NCBI GenBank assembly: GCA_003598025.1
Contig: QZKH01000009.1
Span: 896 to 64,895, forward strand
DNA from: Candidatus Omnitrophota bacterium
Lineage (GTDB): Bacteria > Omnitrophota > Gorgyraeia > Gygaellales > Profunditerraquicolaceae
Length of the DNA stretch: 64,000 nt
Reading direction: 5' to 3'
How positions within the stretch are numbered: position 1 is the first letter of the stretch; each line of letters begins with the position of its first letter. This document shows, one piece after another, positions 55,249-64,000 of the stretch. Under the pieces are notes generated by a model that made no database searches, had not been told where the DNA came from, and saw nothing but the letters and a program-made list of their open reading frames with translations. The position numbers were made by a program, and so were the translations under genes.

Positions 55249-57018
55249 ATGTTTGATCTGCGTTCGGTTGCCAGGGGTTTTCTGTGTTGTGCAATAATAG
55301 CATTGTTTCTATTCAACCCCTGTGAACTTTATCTGTTCGCCCAGGAAGATATTATAGAGCTTAATCTAAATGCGTCATCAGCAACGGTAATTACGCCTAA
55401 GATATTCAGGCCAAATATAGATTTAAGCGGGAGAGGGCATAATAATGTTGCTTATTGGCCTCAGGAGCTGGCTTCCCCGGAATCTATAGAGACATGGAAA
55501 AAGGCCATTGGTTTTTCGGGCATGTACAGGATCCAGTATAATCTATGGGAAATCAGCGAGTCAAAAGAACGCGATAAGCTGTTAAATAGCTATGAAGAAG
55601 TGATAAAGAATATTAACGACGCAGGAGGCATAGTAATCCTGGACATCTTTGGGACACCTGCGGGTATGGGCAGGATTTTAGATAAAAGAAGCGCAGTAAG
55701 AGATTACCGCGCATTTAAAGAACTGATAAAGTCTCACATAAACAGGTTAAGCGTAGAGAAGAAATATAATATCTGGTATGAAGTCTGGAGCGCCCCTGAT
55801 CTTGACGATTTCTTTTTAGGGGGAAAGCAGGATTATCTTAATTTATACCGGGCTGTAGCAGAAGCTGTAAAAGAACTGAGGGCAAAAAGTAAAATTTATA
55901 TATCATTAGGCGGCCCATCCGTAAGCTGGTGGTTCCAGAATTTTGATGGCGCAAATATCATCAAGCCGGAAAGAAGCCTGATTTACGAATTGATAAAATA
56001 CTGTTCAAGGTATAATCTGCCTCTTGATTTTATAAGTTGGCATGCATATTCCACCGATCCCAAGACTGACCAGGAAATGACAGTTTATAATAAAAATGCT
56101 TCTTCTCTTATCCGAGACTGGCTTTCGTATTTCCGCCTCGACCGCAATATCCCTATTATCATAGATGAATGGAATTATGACAGCGGGCCCAATGTAATCC
56201 CCGAGAGAAGGCAGAATTGTCAGATTGCGGCAAGTTTTATCCCTGCCCGGATAAAATATATGCATTTGGCCGGAATAAATTATCAGCAGCTATTCTCTTT
56301 GGAGGATTTTTATGATACCGAAGAGAATGTCATAAGAAATATTGGCATCTTTTGGTTTGACCAGAGGGCATCCGGGTATAAAGGCGGCCCCAAATCATTG
56401 TTTTCTGTATATAAGATGCTTTTAAAGCTCGGGGATTATATTTTTACAGACTCGCTAAAGGCAGATAACGAGTTTGTGGGGATGATAGCGTCTAAGTCAA
56501 GCAATGAATTGGCGATCATTGTTTATAGTTATATTGACCCAGTTATATCCAAAAACTATGTTTCCAGGAACATTTCTTCGCTTAGCGATGCTGATAGAAA
56601 GTCGCTGCTTGGGCTGTTTAGTAGCGGAGATTTTGATAAATTAATATCCAGAGAGATAGATATAACCAAACTTCGAGTAAGGAATAAATTAAAAAATCTG
56701 CTTAAAAAGGCGCAGGAATTAAAAGAACAGGCCAATAGTTTTGCATCCAAAGATCATACTTTACGGCTAAACATTAAGAATATAAACGGTGATTATGTTT
56801 ATCAGAGATACGTGGTAGATGCTGTGTGTATCAGCGATTGTGATTTTGCCCCAGCGGAAGAAAAAGATGTTTCTTCCAAAGATAATCTGACATTAGAGTT
56901 CAATTTTAAACCGTATTCTGTTAATTTATTAGTTCTAAAGAATAAGCCGCAAGAAGTAAAAAGTGAGGCAGCCAAACTACCTCAAGATACAAAAGTTAAG
57001 CAAGAAAATGCCCAATAA
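55249..57018 (+). CDS. secreted GH-A-clan-like (GH39-like) TIM-barrel protein, possibly non-catalytic
   Basis: 589 aa with a signal peptide. WYEVWSAPD sits where GH-A hydrolases have WNEPD/N. IIIDEWNYD resembles the nucleophile strand. C-terminal beta-sandwich-like tail. Confidence 0.3.
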   Translation: MFDLRSVARGFLCCAIIALFLFNPCELYLFAQEDIIELNLNASSATVITPKIFRPNIDLSGRGHNNVAYWPQELASPESIETWKKAIGFSGMYRIQYNLWEISESKERDKLLNSYEEVIKNINDAGGIVILDIFGTPAGMGRILDKRSAVRDYRAFKELIKSHINRLSVEKKYNIWYEVWSAPDLDDFFLGGKQDYLNLYRAVAEAVKELRAKSKIYISLGGPSVSWWFQNFDGANIIKPERSLIYELIKYCSRYNLPLDFISWHAYSTDPKTDQEMTVYNKNASSLIRDWLSYFRLDRNIPIIIDEWNYDSGPNVIPERRQNCQIAASFIPARIKYMHLAGINYQQLFSLEDFYDTEENVIRNIGIFWFDQRASGYKGGPKSLFSVYKMLLKLGDYIFTDSLKADNEFVGMIASKSSNELAIIVYSYIDPVISKNYVSRNISSLSDADRKSLLGLFSSGDFDKLISREIDITKLRVRNKLKNLLKKAQELKEQANSFASKDHTLRLNIKNINGDYVYQRYVVDAVCISDCDFAPAEEKDVSSKDNLTLEFNFKPYSVNLLVLKNKPQEVKSEAAKLPQDTKVKQENAQ

Positions 57019-58360
57019 CTCTACAGATGGCTCCAGTATTTTCCCTGTCGCCCAGCAGCAAGGTCTTGGCGGTAAAGCCGTTCTTACCGTTTCTCAGGTT
57101 ACGCAGGATATAAAATTAGTCCTTGAGAGTAATTTTCAGGGGCTTTGGATCGAGGGCGAAATCACAAATTTCAGGCCTTCTTCAAGCGGACACTATTATT
57201 TTTCTCTCAAAGACGATCTTGCGCTGCTTAATTCCGTGATATTCAGCCGTATCGCAAAAACAGTAAAATTTAACCCCGAAAACGGGTTAAAGGTCATTTG
57301 TTTCGGCAATATTGAGGTTTACGGGCCTCATGGCAAATATCAACTTATTATAGAAAAGATAGAGCCTAAAGGTATAGGCAGCCTTCAGCTTGCTTTGGAG
57401 CAGCTAAAGAACAAGCTGGAAAAGGAAGGGCTGTTTTCTGAGCAGCGCAAAAGGCCGATCCCATACTTACCTTCAGTCATCGGCATAGTTACGTCTCTTT
57501 CCGGAGCCGCTATTAGAGATATGCTTAAGGTTTTGGATAACAGGTTCAGAGATGCCCATATAATTATAAAACCTACTATGGTTCAGGGTAGCACCGCTAA
57601 GGATGAAATAGCAAAAGCTATAGAGGAATTAAATTTCTTTAATGAGTCCGCCCCCAAGGAAGATAGAATTGAAGTTATGATTGTCGGACGCGGAGGAGGC
57701 AGCATGGAGGATCTCTGGGCGTTTAATGAAGAGGTGGTAGCCCGAGCAATATATAAATCAAGGATTCCCGTCATTTCTGCAGTAGGCCATGAACGCGATA
57801 TAACTATAGCTGATCTGGTGGCAGACATGCGCGCTTCTACTCCTTCGGTAGCAGCAGAAAAAGTTATCCCCAGAAAGGAAGACCTTAAACAAAGATTAGG
57901 CGAACTTAAAGGCGACCTTTTAAGGTCGTTCATGGAGATACATGATAATTACCAGGCTTTTGTTTTAGAGAATGTGCGCAGAATTATATTAAGCGCAAAC
58001 CATATTATCGAACTGAATTTTTCCAGGTTTAATACGGGTTTGCGAAAATTACATTTGCTTAATCCGGTAGCAGTGATACAGCAATACAAAGATAGGATTA
58101 CGGATCTCGCCCGGCAGATTTTTGTAAGAACGTCGCATTATGTAAGATTGAGAGAGGCCGAATACGTTAGAGCCGCAGGTAGGCTTTCAGATTTAAGCCC
58201 TCTGGCGATACTATCTCGCGGTTATTCCATAACTTTTAATATAAGTTCCGGGGAAGTTATTAAGAACACAAAAATACTGAAAAAAGGCGACCTGATAAAG
58301 ACAAGGCTTTCCGAGGGCGAAATTATAAGCTCGGTTACGGAGGTAAAAAAAGATGGCTGA
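57008..58360 (+). CDS. xseA: exodeoxyribonuclease VII large subunit
   Basis: OB fold plus catalytic domain. The ORF track starts at 56963, but the likely start is the internal Met at 57008. Confidence 0.8.
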   Translation: MPNNSTDGSSIFPVAQQQGLGGKAVLTVSQVTQDIKLVLESNFQGLWIEGEITNFRPSSSGHYYFSLKDDLALLNSVIFSRIAKTVKFNPENGLKVICFGNIEVYGPHGKYQLIIEKIEPKGIGSLQLALEQLKNKLEKEGLFSEQRKRPIPYLPSVIGIVTSLSGAAIRDMLKVLDNRFRDAHIIIKPTMVQGSTAKDEIAKAIEELNFFNESAPKEDRIEVMIVGRGGGSMEDLWAFNEEVVARAIYKSRIPVISAVGHERDITIADLVADMRASTPSVAAEKVIPRKEDLKQRLGELKGDLLRSFMEIHDNYQAFVLENVRRIILSANHIIELNFSRFNTGLRKLHLLNPVAVIQQYKDRITDLARQIFVRTSHYVRLREAEYVRAAGRLSDLSPLAILSRGYSITFNISSGEVIKNTKILKKGDLIKTRLSEGEIISSVTEVKKDG

Positions 58361-58598
58361 GATGAAATTCGAAGATGCTTTAAAGAAACTGGAAAAAATA
58401 GTCGGAGATTTAGAATCCGGGGAACTTTCTCTTGATGAGGCTTTGAAGAAATACCAGGAGGGCATAGAGCTTTCCAGGCAATGTTCGCAAAGGCTTGATA
58501 ACGCCAAGAAAAAAATAGATGTATTAACAAAAAACAAAAAAGGCGATTTTGAATTGAAGCCCTTATCGGAATCACAAGACCAGGAACAAGATGCTTGA
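58353..58598 (+). CDS. xseB: exodeoxyribonuclease VII small subunit
   Basis: 81 aa, FEDALKKLEKIVGDLESGELSLDEAL. Confidence 0.85.
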   Translation: MAEMKFEDALKKLEKIVGDLESGELSLDEALKKYQEGIELSRQCSQRLDNAKKKIDVLTKNKKGDFELKPLSESQDQEQDA

Positions 58599-60441
58599 AA
58601 AGATACATTCACCCGAAGATTTAAGAAAGTTGCCGCTTGAGGCTTTACCGGGCTTATCATCCGAGATCCGCAAGAGGATTATTGATGTAGTATCGGTAAC
58701 CGGGGGGCATATTGCCTCCAGCCTCGGGGCGGTTGAATTGGCAATGGCGCTGCATTATTGTTTCAATACGCCAAAAGATAAGATAATTTGGGATGTCGGG
58801 CACCAGGCATACGCACACAAAATAATTACCGGCAGGAATGATTGCTTTGAGACATTAAGAAAATCCGAAGGCATAAGCGGTTTTCCCCATAAGGACGAAT
58901 CTGAATACGACCCTTTTACGGTAGGCCACAGCTCTAATGCGGTGTCCTTGGCTTTGGGATTAGTCTGCGCCTATCAGCGATTAGGTGCAGAAAACAATCC
59001 AAAAATTGTCGCGGTAATCGGAGATGGTTCACTAAGCGGCGGGTTATGCTTTGAAGGCCTTAACAATGCAGGTCACCTGAAGAAAGATATCCTGGTTATA
59101 CTTAATACAAATGAGCTTAGCATAGCGCCTAATGCCGGTGCCTTAAGCACCTATATAAATAAGGTGCTCTCTCTGCCTATCTATAATAGATTCAGGGGTT
59201 CTCTGGAGGGTTTTGTAAGCTCGCGCATACCTAAAGGCAGCAGGTTAATAAAGATCGCCAATAAGTTTGAGGAAGGATTAAAAGGGTTATTTATCCCCGG
59301 AATATTTTTTGAAGAACTGGGTTTTCGCTACTTTGGTCCTCTGGATGGCCATAACCTGGATCTGCTTATACCAACACTGAAAAATATTATGAACCTGAAG
59401 GGTCCGAGGCTGCTGCATATTATTACGAAAAAAGGCAAAGGTTATCCGCCTGCGGAAAAAGAGCCGGTAAAATTTCACAGTACCGGCCCATTCAACATCA
59501 GTAACGGGGACCCGGTTGATAAAAATAAAACCAAGTCCTATACGGAAGTTTTTAGCGAAAAAATAGTTGGGCTTGCGTCTCAAGATAAAAGGATAGTAGC
59601 CATAACAGCTGCTATGGCAGAGGGCACAGGCTTAGATAAATTCCGGGACTTATATCCTGATAGGTTTTTTGACGTAGGTATTGCCGAACAGCATGCTGTA
59701 TGTTTTGCCGCAGGATTAGCCAGGGCGGGATTAAAACCGGTGGCAGCCATCTATTCAACATTTTTACAGCGCGCTTACGATCAACTTATCGAAGATGTCG
59801 CTTTGCAGGATTTACCGGTTGTTTTAGCGATAGACCGTGCGGGCATAGTCGGTGAAGACGGACCTACGCATCAGGGAGTATTTGATATCGCATATTTAAG
59901 AAGCATACCTAATTTTACGATTATGGCTCCCATGGATGCCAAAGAGCTTGAAAGTATGCTTTCTTTTGCGATGACCTTAGGTAAACCGGTTGCCATAAGG
60001 TATCCCAAAGGCACGATAGAAGAATTGGATTCCAAAAGGTGCAATAAAATAGAATTGGGTAAAGCCGAAATTTTAAGCGATGGCGATGATTTTGCCATAA
60101 TAGCTGTAGGGACAATGGCTAGTACATGTTATAAGGTTATCGAGATACTTAAAAAAGAAGGCCTTCACGGATCTCTTGTCAATGCCCGTTTTATAAGGCC
60201 GATTGATACCGATGTTATTCAGAAAGTTTGTTCTAAGGCCAAAAGGATAATTACAGTAGAGGAAGGCGTTTTGGATTGCGGCTTCGGAGCTGCGGTGGTC
60301 GAAGCAACTGGTTTAGCGGTTACAAGAATAGGCCTTCCGTTTGAATTCATTCCTGCTGGCAAGAGAAAAACGCTTCTTGAGAAATATGGCTTGTCCGAGA
60401 GCGGGATAGCAAATACGATAAGAGGTTTGATGGGAAGATAA
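58591..60441 (+). CDS. dxs: 1-deoxy-D-xylulose-5-phosphate synthase
   Basis: 616 aa, TPP GDG...N motif, transketolase-like domains. Confidence 0.9.
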   Translation: MLEKIHSPEDLRKLPLEALPGLSSEIRKRIIDVVSVTGGHIASSLGAVELAMALHYCFNTPKDKIIWDVGHQAYAHKIITGRNDCFETLRKSEGISGFPHKDESEYDPFTVGHSSNAVSLALGLVCAYQRLGAENNPKIVAVIGDGSLSGGLCFEGLNNAGHLKKDILVILNTNELSIAPNAGALSTYINKVLSLPIYNRFRGSLEGFVSSRIPKGSRLIKIANKFEEGLKGLFIPGIFFEELGFRYFGPLDGHNLDLLIPTLKNIMNLKGPRLLHIITKKGKGYPPAEKEPVKFHSTGPFNISNGDPVDKNKTKSYTEVFSEKIVGLASQDKRIVAITAAMAEGTGLDKFRDLYPDRFFDVGIAEQHAVCFAAGLARAGLKPVAAIYSTFLQRAYDQLIEDVALQDLPVVLAIDRAGIVGEDGPTHQGVFDIAYLRSIPNFTIMAPMDAKELESMLSFAMTLGKPVAIRYPKGTIEELDSKRCNKIELGKAEILSDGDDFAIIAVGTMASTCYKVIEILKKEGLHGSLVNARFIRPIDTDVIQKVCSKAKRIITVEEGVLDCGFGAAVVEATGLAVTRIGLPFEFIPAGKRKTLLEKYGLSESGIANTIRGLMGR

Positions 60442-60644
60442 TGGCTAAAATCGTGATTGACAGTCAGAAATGTAAGGGTTGCTTGCTTTGTATAAGTGTA
60501 TGCCCGCGTAAAGAGATAGTCGTATCTGATAAGATGAATCGCCGAGGGGCAAGGATAGTTAAATTCAAGGATGACGGGCTGTGTTCGGGGTGCGGAATGT
60601 GTGCGATAATCTGTCCCGATTGCTGTATCGAAGTATATAAATGA
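60441..60644 (+). CDS. korD: 2x[4Fe-4S] ferredoxin, delta subunit of 2-oxoacid:ferredoxin oxidoreductase
   Basis: Two CxxCxxCxxxCP motifs. Immediately precedes korA. Confidence 0.7.
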   Translation: MAKIVIDSQKCKGCLLCISVCPRKEIVVSDKMNRRGARIVKFKDDGLCSGCGMCAIICPDCCIEVYK

Positions 60645-60649
60645 GTAAT

Positions 60650-60715
60650 GCGTATAGCGTATTGAGTATTGCGTAATGATTAATAGCTTGAGCGCGCTAC
60701 GCCCGGGGCAATACG
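60650..60715. repeat. GCGTATT heptamer tandem repeat with inverted partial copy
   Basis: GCGTATAGCGTATTGAGTATTGCGTAATG ... GCAATACG. Same heptamer as the in-frame repeat inside pyrK. Confidence 0.55.
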
Positions 60716-60730
60716 AAACAGGATTAACCA

Positions 60731-61804
60731 ATGAATGATAAGATTCTAATGAGCGGCAATGAAGCCTTAGCTGAGGGCGCAATACGCGCCGGATGTAAAT
60801 TCTATGCCGGGTATCCGATCACCCCGCAGAATGAGTTGACTGCCTACATGGCTGTTAATTTACCCAAGGCAGGAGGAATTTTTATCCAGGCCGAGTCTGA
60901 ATTAGCGGCAATCAATATGGTCTTTGGCGCAGCAGCAGCCGGTGCGCGTGCTATGACTTCATCGTCCAGCCCCGGGATAAGTTTAAAACAAGAAGGCATA
61001 TCTTACATTGCCGGAGCAGAATTACCGTCGGTAATTATCAACGTAATGCGGGGAGGGCCCGGCTTAGGCAATATTTCTCCAAGCCAGTCCGATTATTTCC
61101 AGGCAACGCGCGGAGGCGGGCATGGCGATTACCATTGTTTGGTGTTAGCTCCGTCGTCAGTCCAAGAGTCACTGGATTTAATGCCCCTTGCATTTAACCT
61201 TGCTGATAAATACCGTACTCCGGTCATGGTGTTAAGCGACGGTATGCTTGGGCAGATGATGGAACCGGTTTCAGTCCACAGTCCACAGTCCACAGTCCAC
61301 AGCAAAAAACTACCAGAGAAGAAGTGGGCGTTGACTGGATGCAGGGGGAGAAAGCCCAATGTGGTAAAATCATTTTATATGCAGGAAGGAGGGCTTGAGA
61401 AATTCAATTTGTCCCTGCAAAAAAAATATAGTGAGATAAGGAATAAAGAGCAGCGCTTTGAAATGACCAATGTCAAAGATGCCGAAGTGATTATAGTAGC
61501 CTACGGTATAATGGCCAGGATAGCAAAGAGCGCCATGCAGGACCTGAATAATGCAGGCAGGAAGGTCGGATTAATCAGACCGGTTTCTTTATGGCCGTTT
61601 CCTAAAAATGCTTTCAGAGAAATAGAAAAAAGTAAGCATTTTAAAAGTTTTTTGGTTGTGGAAATGTCTTACGGCCAGATGATCGAAGATGTGCTTTTGT
61701 CTGTGGCAGATAAATCAAAGGTAGATTTTCTCGGACGCTCAGGAGGAGGCATTCCTGCTGAAGCCGAAATCATTGATAAGCTTAAAAAAATAATCCGTAG
61801 ATAA
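60731..61804 (+). CDS. korA: 2-oxoacid:ferredoxin oxidoreductase alpha subunit
   Basis: 357 aa, YPITPQNE family signature. Carries an in-frame CAGTCCA x4 repeat. Confidence 0.8.
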   Translation: MNDKILMSGNEALAEGAIRAGCKFYAGYPITPQNELTAYMAVNLPKAGGIFIQAESELAAINMVFGAAAAGARAMTSSSSPGISLKQEGISYIAGAELPSVIINVMRGGPGLGNISPSQSDYFQATRGGGHGDYHCLVLAPSSVQESLDLMPLAFNLADKYRTPVMVLSDGMLGQMMEPVSVHSPQSTVHSKKLPEKKWALTGCRGRKPNVVKSFYMQEGGLEKFNLSLQKKYSEIRNKEQRFEMTNVKDAEVIIVAYGIMARIAKSAMQDLNNAGRKVGLIRPVSLWPFPKNAFREIEKSKHFKSFLVVEMSYGQMIEDVLLSVADKSKVDFLGRSGGGIPAEAEIIDKLKKIIRR

Positions 61805-61806
61805 TC

Positions 61807-62535
61807 ATGAAAAAAATTATAAAGCGGCCCAGAGCATTAAAGGATGTGCCAACGCATTATTGCCCTGGTTGCGGCCACGGTATAGCACATCGTTTAGTAG
61901 CAGAGGTAATCGATGATCTTGGTATAAGAGAGAAGGTTATTGCTGTAGCTCCTGTTGGCTGTGCAGTAATTGCATATGATTATTGGGATTTTGATTGCTC
62001 CGAAGCTGCCCACGGAAGGGCCCTGGCTGTAGCTACAGCAATTAAGAGAGTCAGGCCGGAAAATATTGTTTTTACTTATCAGGGAGACGGCGACTTAGCG
62101 GCTATTGGGGCCAACGAAACACTGCACGCGGCTAACAGGGGCGAGAACTTAACCGTTATTTTTATAAACAATGCAATTTATGGAATGACCGGAGGGCAAA
62201 TGGCCCCGACAACGCTATTGGGCCAAACTACTGTTACTACTCCCGATGGAAGAATCAGCCAAATCCACGGGTATCCTCTTAAGATATCAGAAATTTTAGC
62301 CACCCTCCCGGGAGTTAAATACGTGGAAAGAGTAAGCTTAACCAGTCCACCCGAAATTATTAAAGCAAAAATAGCCATTAAACAGGCATTCAAGAATCAA
62401 ATGGATAAGATAGGTTTTTCACTGGTAGAGATTCTTTCTGCATGTCCTACGTATTGGGGTATGTCTGCCAACGATGCTTTATCCTGGATGAAAGGCACAA
62501 TGTCTAAGGAGTTTCCTCTGGGGAGGATAAAATGA
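61807..62535 (+). CDS. korB: 2-oxoacid:ferredoxin oxidoreductase beta subunit (TPP-binding)
   Basis: CPGCGHG and GDGD TPP motifs. Confidence 0.85.
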   Translation: MKKIIKRPRALKDVPTHYCPGCGHGIAHRLVAEVIDDLGIREKVIAVAPVGCAVIAYDYWDFDCSEAAHGRALAVATAIKRVRPENIVFTYQGDGDLAAIGANETLHAANRGENLTVIFINNAIYGMTGGQMAPTTLLGQTTVTTPDGRISQIHGYPLKISEILATLPGVKYVERVSLTSPPEIIKAKIAIKQAFKNQMDKIGFSLVEILSACPTYWGMSANDALSWMKGTMSKEFPLGRIK

Positions 62536-63068
62536 TTGAACGGGTAATTATTGCAGGAGCAGGCGGACAGGGAATTATGCTGCTGGGTAAGGTTTTGGCT
62601 GAGGCAGCAAGTTTAAAAGGCCTGCAGGTTACCTGGTTTCCTTGTTATGGCGCCGAAGTCCGGGGAGGGACGGCTTATTGCATGGTGATTATATCTGATA
62701 GAGAAGTCAGTTCGCCTTATATTGATAAAGCAGATACCCTTATAATAATGAATGAGCCTTCGCTTTTGAAATTTAAAGACAGGATAAAAGAAGATGGTAT
62801 TATGCTTATTAATAGCTCTCTTGCCGATAGCAGCTCTTCATCTGTAAAAAACAGGAAATTTATTCTTAAAGCAATGGCCTTTACAGATATAGCTTCGCAG
62901 CTGGGCAGCGTCAAAGTGGCTAATATGGTAGCATTGGGCGCGTATATAAAAAACAAACCGTTGATAACTAAAAAGGAAATATTCAGGGTGTTTGAAAAAA
63001 TGGCTTCCGGGAAAAGCAGGGCATTAATAACAATAAATAAGGTTGCCGTTGAGAAAGGCCTGGTTTGA
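62532..63068 (+). CDS. korC: 2-oxoacid:ferredoxin oxidoreductase gamma subunit
   Basis: IAGAGGQGIMLLG Rossmann-like N-terminus. Confidence 0.8.
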   Translation: MIERVIIAGAGGQGIMLLGKVLAEAASLKGLQVTWFPCYGAEVRGGTAYCMVIISDREVSSPYIDKADTLIIMNEPSLLKFKDRIKEDGIMLINSSLADSSSSSVKNRKFILKAMAFTDIASQLGSVKVANMVALGAYIKNKPLITKKEIFRVFEKMASGKSRALITINKVAVEKGLV

Positions 63069-63070
63069 AA

Positions 63071-64000
63071 ATGATAAGAGTGAGGTTCGCGCCGTCGCCC
63101 ACCGGGAATTTACATATCGGCGGGGCAAGGACAGCGCTTTTTAATTGGCTATTTGCGCAGGCAAAAAATGGCGAGTTTGTATTACGTATCGAAGATACCG
63201 ATAGCCTGCGCTCAAGGCAGGAGTTTGTAGATGAAATTCTGAATAGCCTTAAGTGGCTTGGATTTAGCTGGGACGGTATGGAATTCCAAAGTAAAAGATT
63301 TGAACTTTACCGTTCCCAGGCAGACAGGCTGCTAAAAGACGGATCGGCATATATTGAGAAAACAGATAAGGGAGAAGCTGTTATTTATAAAGTTAAGCCT
63401 CAAAAGATTATAATCGATGACCTTATAAGGGGCTGTATTGAATTCGATACCAGTGTGATTAAGGACCAGGTTTTGATAAAATCAGACGGTACACCTACAT
63501 ATAATTTTGCCTGCGTAGTAGATGATGCGCTTATGCAAATCAGCCATGTTGTGCGCGGAGACGACCATATATCGAATACCCCTAAACAAATCTTGATTTA
63601 TCAGGCGCTAGGTTTTGATTTGCCGAAATTTGCGCACCTTCCTTTAATCCTCGGCATGGAGGGGGGGCGTCTTTCAAAGAGGACCGGAGCTACGGCAATA
63701 AGCGAATACAGGGCAATGGGATATTTAGCGCCGGCATTAGTGAATTATCTCTTGTTGTTGAGTTGGTCTCCCGGGGAAAATCGCGAGATCATAGATATCA
63801 ATGAGGCTGTTAAATTGTTTGAGCTGGAAAAAGTAAATAAAACGGCAGCAACATTTGATTTAAAGAAACTGGACTGGATGAATAACCAATATATCAAGAA
63901 TGCAGAAACCAATCTTTTGGCTGAAAATATAATTTCACTGCTCATTGAAAGGGGCATGATAAAAAAAGATGATTTTGATAGAAATTACATTATTTCTTTG
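63071..64000 (+). CDS. gltX: glutamate--tRNA ligase, N-terminal part (runs off window end)
   Basis: Manual translation from the ATG at 63071 gives MIRVRFAPSPTGNLHIGGARTALFNW with the class I HIGH motif. No stop in the window, so it is absent from the ORF track. Confidence 0.8.
   Translation, partial: MIRVRFAPSPTGNLHIGGARTALFNWLFAQAKNGEFVLRIEDTDSLRSRQEFVDEILNSLKWLGFSWDGMEFQSKRFELYRSQADRLLKDGSAYIEKTDKGEAVIYKVKPQKIIIDDLIRGCIEFDTSVIKDQVLIKSDGTPTYNFACVVDDALMQISHVVRGDDHISNTPKQILIYQALGFDLPKFAHLPLILGMEGGRLSKRTGATAISEYRAMGYLAPALVNYLLLLSWSPGENREIIDINEAVKLFELEKVNKTAATFDLKKLDWMNNQYIKNAETNLLAENIISLLIERGMIKKDDFDRNYIISL

Noticed and set aside
56963-57007. 5' extension of the xseA ORF overlapping the upstream gene by 56 nt
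   Set aside because: The more likely start is the internal Met at 57008 (MPNNS...), giving an 11-nt overlap. The upstream extension lacks conservation.

Overview
Bacterial chromosomal window of about 40% GC that contains the replication origin. Genes run on the minus strand up to about 31.2 kb and on the plus strand from about 31.5 kb onward. The two sets diverge from a dnaA/rpmH intergenic region that carries clustered DnaA-box-like 9-mers and a strong rpmH promoter. Left arm (minus strand): dnaA-dnaN-DUF721-gyrB-gyrA, tRNA-Glu, glmS, rsmI, a 1029-aa secreted protein with an embedded SAM-methyltransferase domain, a pyrimidine cluster (pyrR-pyrB-pyrC ... carB C-terminal half ... pyrK-tauE-like-pyrD-pyrF), mutM, yjbQ, and a V-type ATPase operon in the Chlamydia/spirochaete order E-x-A-B-D-I (subunit I runs off the window start). 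Right arm (plus strand): rpmH-yidD-yidC (no rnpA), a Jag_N-only mini-protein, parS-like site, parA-parB, ndk, yicC-gmk-rpoZ-coaC, a tRNA cluster (Cys, Leu, a tRNA-Val 5' fragment, Val), an orphan cpaF-like ATPase, thrS-infC-rpmI-rplT, trkA-trkA-trkH, pheS-pheT, rarA, a Cys-rich MetV-like protein with iscU and 5-formyl-THF cycloligase, rny-ymdB, a GH-A-like secreted protein, xseA-xseB-dxs, korDABC and the start of gltX. Most content is housekeeping. The most unusual sequence-level signal is a set of heptanucleotide tandem repeats ((C/T)ATGAAC, GCGTATT, CAGTCCA, GGCTGATAGCTGAC and others). They form REP-like palindromic intergenic elements directly after stop codons. They also occur as in-frame expansions inside pyrK and korA. 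No CRISPR array, rRNA, transposase or integrase was seen.
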